Source: Halocafeteria seosinensis
Lineage: Eukaryota
Direction of reading: 5' to 3'
NCBI GenBank assembly: GCA_001687465.1
Contig: LVLI01000202.1
Location: 186,001 to 250,000 of the forward strand
DNA length: 64,000 nt
Shown here piece after piece: positions 59,113-64,000 of this stretch. Positions within the stretch are counted from its first letter, which is position 1, and each line of letters starts with the position of its first letter. A model generated the notes under the pieces. That model was not told the origin of the DNA and ran no database searches. It was given only the letters and a program-made list of their open reading frames with translations. Position numbers and translations under genes: made by a program.

Positions 59113-61657
59113 ATGACAGCTGCACCTATGGCTTCAGCCACCCCGCAGACGAAAGACGCCGCTGGTAACGATGATACCGAGAGCTCCACAAGCTCCAGCA
59201 GCGTCGGAAGAAGTGAAAGTAATAATAGTGATTCGGATTCGGAATATGAAGAGTTTGATGAGGTGCAAGATGCACCTTCGTCTCCGAAAGCAACGGCGGC
59301 ATCCTCTTCTAACTCGTCTACTGGCGAGAAAAACTCTGCGTCGAGACGAACCAAGCACGATACTGACGAGGCCACAACCAAACGCCCCCAAGGAATGAGT
59401 AGCAGCAAACACCGAACCAATGGAGCAGGTTCCAAAGTGAATGAAGTTCCTGCATTCGCAGGAAGTGTCCACCGCGATAAAGAACTCCGCAACTCCTTAC
59501 CTCAGTCTAAGCAAGTGCCACACGGAAATACTCGTCCACCTTCATACGCTTCGAATGTCCCTGAGAATATCAATTCCGGTGGCCGGAAGAGACAGACAGC
59601 AGAAACCAATGGTGCTTCCAGTGGCGCCAAAGGTGCCAGCTCAAAAGGACGTGGCAAAAGGCGTTCTGGGCTTACGAAGGAAGAGGAGGAAGCGGTGTTA
59701 CTAAGTGCCCATACCGGTGATCTGGTCAAAATTAGACAGATCCTCTCCCACAACTCAAAAATTGATGTGAACCAGATATGGAATTCAGTAAGTATTCGTG
59801 ATTGAATCTGTGGTGGAGTGTGCTTACGTAACCAATCCCACAAATGTCATTGGTGCAGAAAGGGCGATTGCCAATACATGATGCCCTTATTGCTGACCAG
59901 CCCGATACAGCCAATGAGTTGCTTGTGAAATGGGGAGCAAGGGGGGACATTCCAATGGTGAGTTGATCTTTGACCCTTCATTTACAATAAGTAATCATCA
60001 CTAGTATACAACTCTCGGACAGACCGAGCTGGGATACACGCCATTACATATCGCAGCAGCAAAGGGATTTCTTAGCACGGTTACTCTCTTATTAACCCAT
60101 TGCAAGGTCGATGCAGACTTTCAGAGCAAGGTAAGATTGAACAGGGAAGTGCTGAAACTACCAAGTCTGTACTTGTGGAAATCTTTCAGGCCGAGGAAAC
60201 TCCATTGATGCTTGCCGCCGACTACAATCGAGACGACGTCGCGGCGTTTCTACTGACGGTGGGAAAAGCAGATGTCAACCGCGTCAAGGGTGTAAGTGTT
60301 TTTTTGCATATCCCGAATTTCCTGAGTATTTGTGTTTGTATTCCGTGACCAAAACAGCCCGGCTTTGGCGCCATTCACATAGCCGCAGCAAAAGGCAGAC
60401 TGGATACATTGAGAGTTATAATGAATGCTCCTGCTTGCGATGTTAATCTAATGGAGGTATGATCTTTTGCGGGCGGTGCAATTCTGTCCAAGAGCGTCCC
60501 ATATCATCGGCGCTGAATGTTGCAGCGGGGACGTCGAACGCCGTTGTCCGTCGCGTGTGCGGGAAATCATAAGGATACCGTTGCAATGCTGCTTCGCAGC
60601 TCGAAGACAGATCCGAACTTGGCCGATAATGTAGGTCAGAAAAGTACTGCACAGCGTTTGTCTTATTTTACGTCTTGGTATACTCGGTCTATTGTTGAGC
60701 ATTTACAGAAAGGGAGGACGCCGCTTCACATCGCAACATCTAACAATTTCCCCGAAATTGTTGAACTGTTATTGCGGAGACGAGGTGTAGAAGTCGACCG
60801 CAAGGACGACGATGGGGATACCCCTCTGCACATTGCTGCACGCGGTGGCTACGTGACAATTGCCAAAATGCTTATGGGGACGGGAAAATGTGACGCCTAT
60901 ACGAAGAACAACGTAGGTACTTGTTGCGGGGGTGCACGCTGCTACCGTGTATATAGTCGTTTGGTCCTAGACCCTACCGCAGGAAAACAAAATCGCCTAT
61001 GACGAAGCCCAAGACAAACGGATAAAGGAACTACTCCAATTCACCATTAATCCAACAAGGGGAAGGAAAAGGACAGAAGCGGACAGGCGTCCCTCATCTT
61101 CTCATGAAGAGAATCAACCAGCTACGGCTGCTCAGCACCAACCTCAAGGAGTATCTTCGAATACGTCGCAGGCCCGCAAAAGTGTGGAAACAAATGGAAG
61201 CGGTGCGTCTTTGGTCTCGTATAGTGCTCAGAACGGCAACGACGCACAGAGCTCTAATTGTGGAGAGTTCTCTCGAAAGCTTTGTCCGCATGCTTTCGAG
61301 CAAGCAGACAAAGCATCTGCGAATCTAAATGATAAACTCATGAGTCTTGTCCAAACCGTGGGTGCAGAGGCAGTCATCAACGACTGTCCGGCAGTGTACC
61401 GCCGTCACCTGTCGCCCGAGGTGATGGTTTACCCAGTTGTTGCCGCTGATGGTCATACATATGAAAAGCAAGAAATCGAAAACTGGTTGAAGGACCACGA
61501 TACTTCTCCGAAGACTGGAAATATGTTGCATCCGCAACTGCTGTATCCCAACCACCAGTTGTTACTTCAGATTCTCGAGTGGGTGGAAAGCTATTTGCAT
61601 CAAGTACGAACAAGGATGCAGGAGGCTGAAACGAAGCGAAGACGAATTTGCTCTTGA
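59113..61657 (+). CDS. Ankyrin-repeat + U-box protein, paralogue 2; start uncertain
   Basis: Exons 59113-59787, 59859-59957, 60023-60130, 60190-60291, 60358-60456, 60526-60630, 60709-60912, 60983-61657; U-box VMVYPVVAADGHTYEK..IENWL..HDTSPKTG..L....LYPNHQL. Confidence 0.9.
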
Positions 61658-61872
61658 AAGAAAGAAAGCGCATTAATAACACACAACGAACCTCTTGATT
61701 CGCTTCTCTAGACTGGCCATTGCCCAGGGCATTGCTTCACAATGTTGTTGTTGAAGCTGTTTGTATCCAGTCTGTAGACTATAGCACGCCATACTAATGA
61801 ATTGTACCAGAGGTTGGGTTGTTTGTCTTTGTTAAATTGTATCAGCTGTTTCTGAGAGAGCAACCCAATACG

Positions 61873-63726
<1,854 letters not shown>

Positions 63727-63774
63727 CGCGCTGTTTACACAGAGGTTGCCTTCCTCCCAAAGACACCAAAAAGT

Positions 63775-63945
63775 TTATCTGCAAAATGCACAAACGCCCA
63801 TATAAATTGCGGCCATAGCTAAGTCATAGGGAAGCGCCAGCATACTTTTGGCTTGCTTCGGGATGATGCCTTCATCGACGAGCTTCTGCAGAGGAGGCAG
63901 CAGATGCCATACATTCTTGTCGTCCCCAGCAAATATCACTCCGGC
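63775..63945 (-). CDS. Probable last exon of a gene extending beyond the window
   Basis: CCAG acceptor then an open frame AGVIFAGDDKNVWHLLPPLQKLVDEGIIPKQAKSMLALPYDLAMAAIYMGVCAFCR*; phase assumed. Confidence 0.5.
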   Translation of the reverse strand, partial: AGVIFAGDDKNVWHLLPPLQKLVDEGIIPKQAKSMLALPYDLAMAAIYMGVCAFCR

Positions 63946-64000
63946 CTGGATGGAACATTTAGTTTTAACTTATTGCTCTTGAGAAACCATGTCGGATAAA

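Overview
Gene-dense (about 23 genes in 64 kb) nuclear DNA from a flagellated unicellular eukaryote, using the standard genetic code and mostly 60-75 nt GT-AG introns; a stramenopile origin is my inference only. Recognisable genes: a 2-repeat MYB, SSNA1, RPL9, a SABATH-type methyltransferase, a GAF-domain phosphodiesterase, SLU7, an Mpo1-like protein, DPH5, codanin-1, WDR34, an IQ/coiled-coil DRC-like protein, DLEC1, an 8-module EF-hand protein, DHX16/PRP2 and VPS4. The best candidate for an undescribed system is a pair of paralogous ankyrin + U-box genes flanking DHX16, in which almost every ankyrin repeat is its own 99-108 nt exon and all 17 introns are phase 0, a cassette layout that could diversify E3-ligase substrate recognition. 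Other oddities: SLU7 lacks its zinc knuckle, VPS4 has a CxxC-CxxC insert, several first introns are long and structured (one with mutually exclusive pairings at its 3' splice site), there is a Y-shaped inverted repeat beside a probable Mutator transposase relic, and the WDR34 3' end is duplicated around a decayed repeat ORF. All gene models were spliced by eye and no database searches were run.
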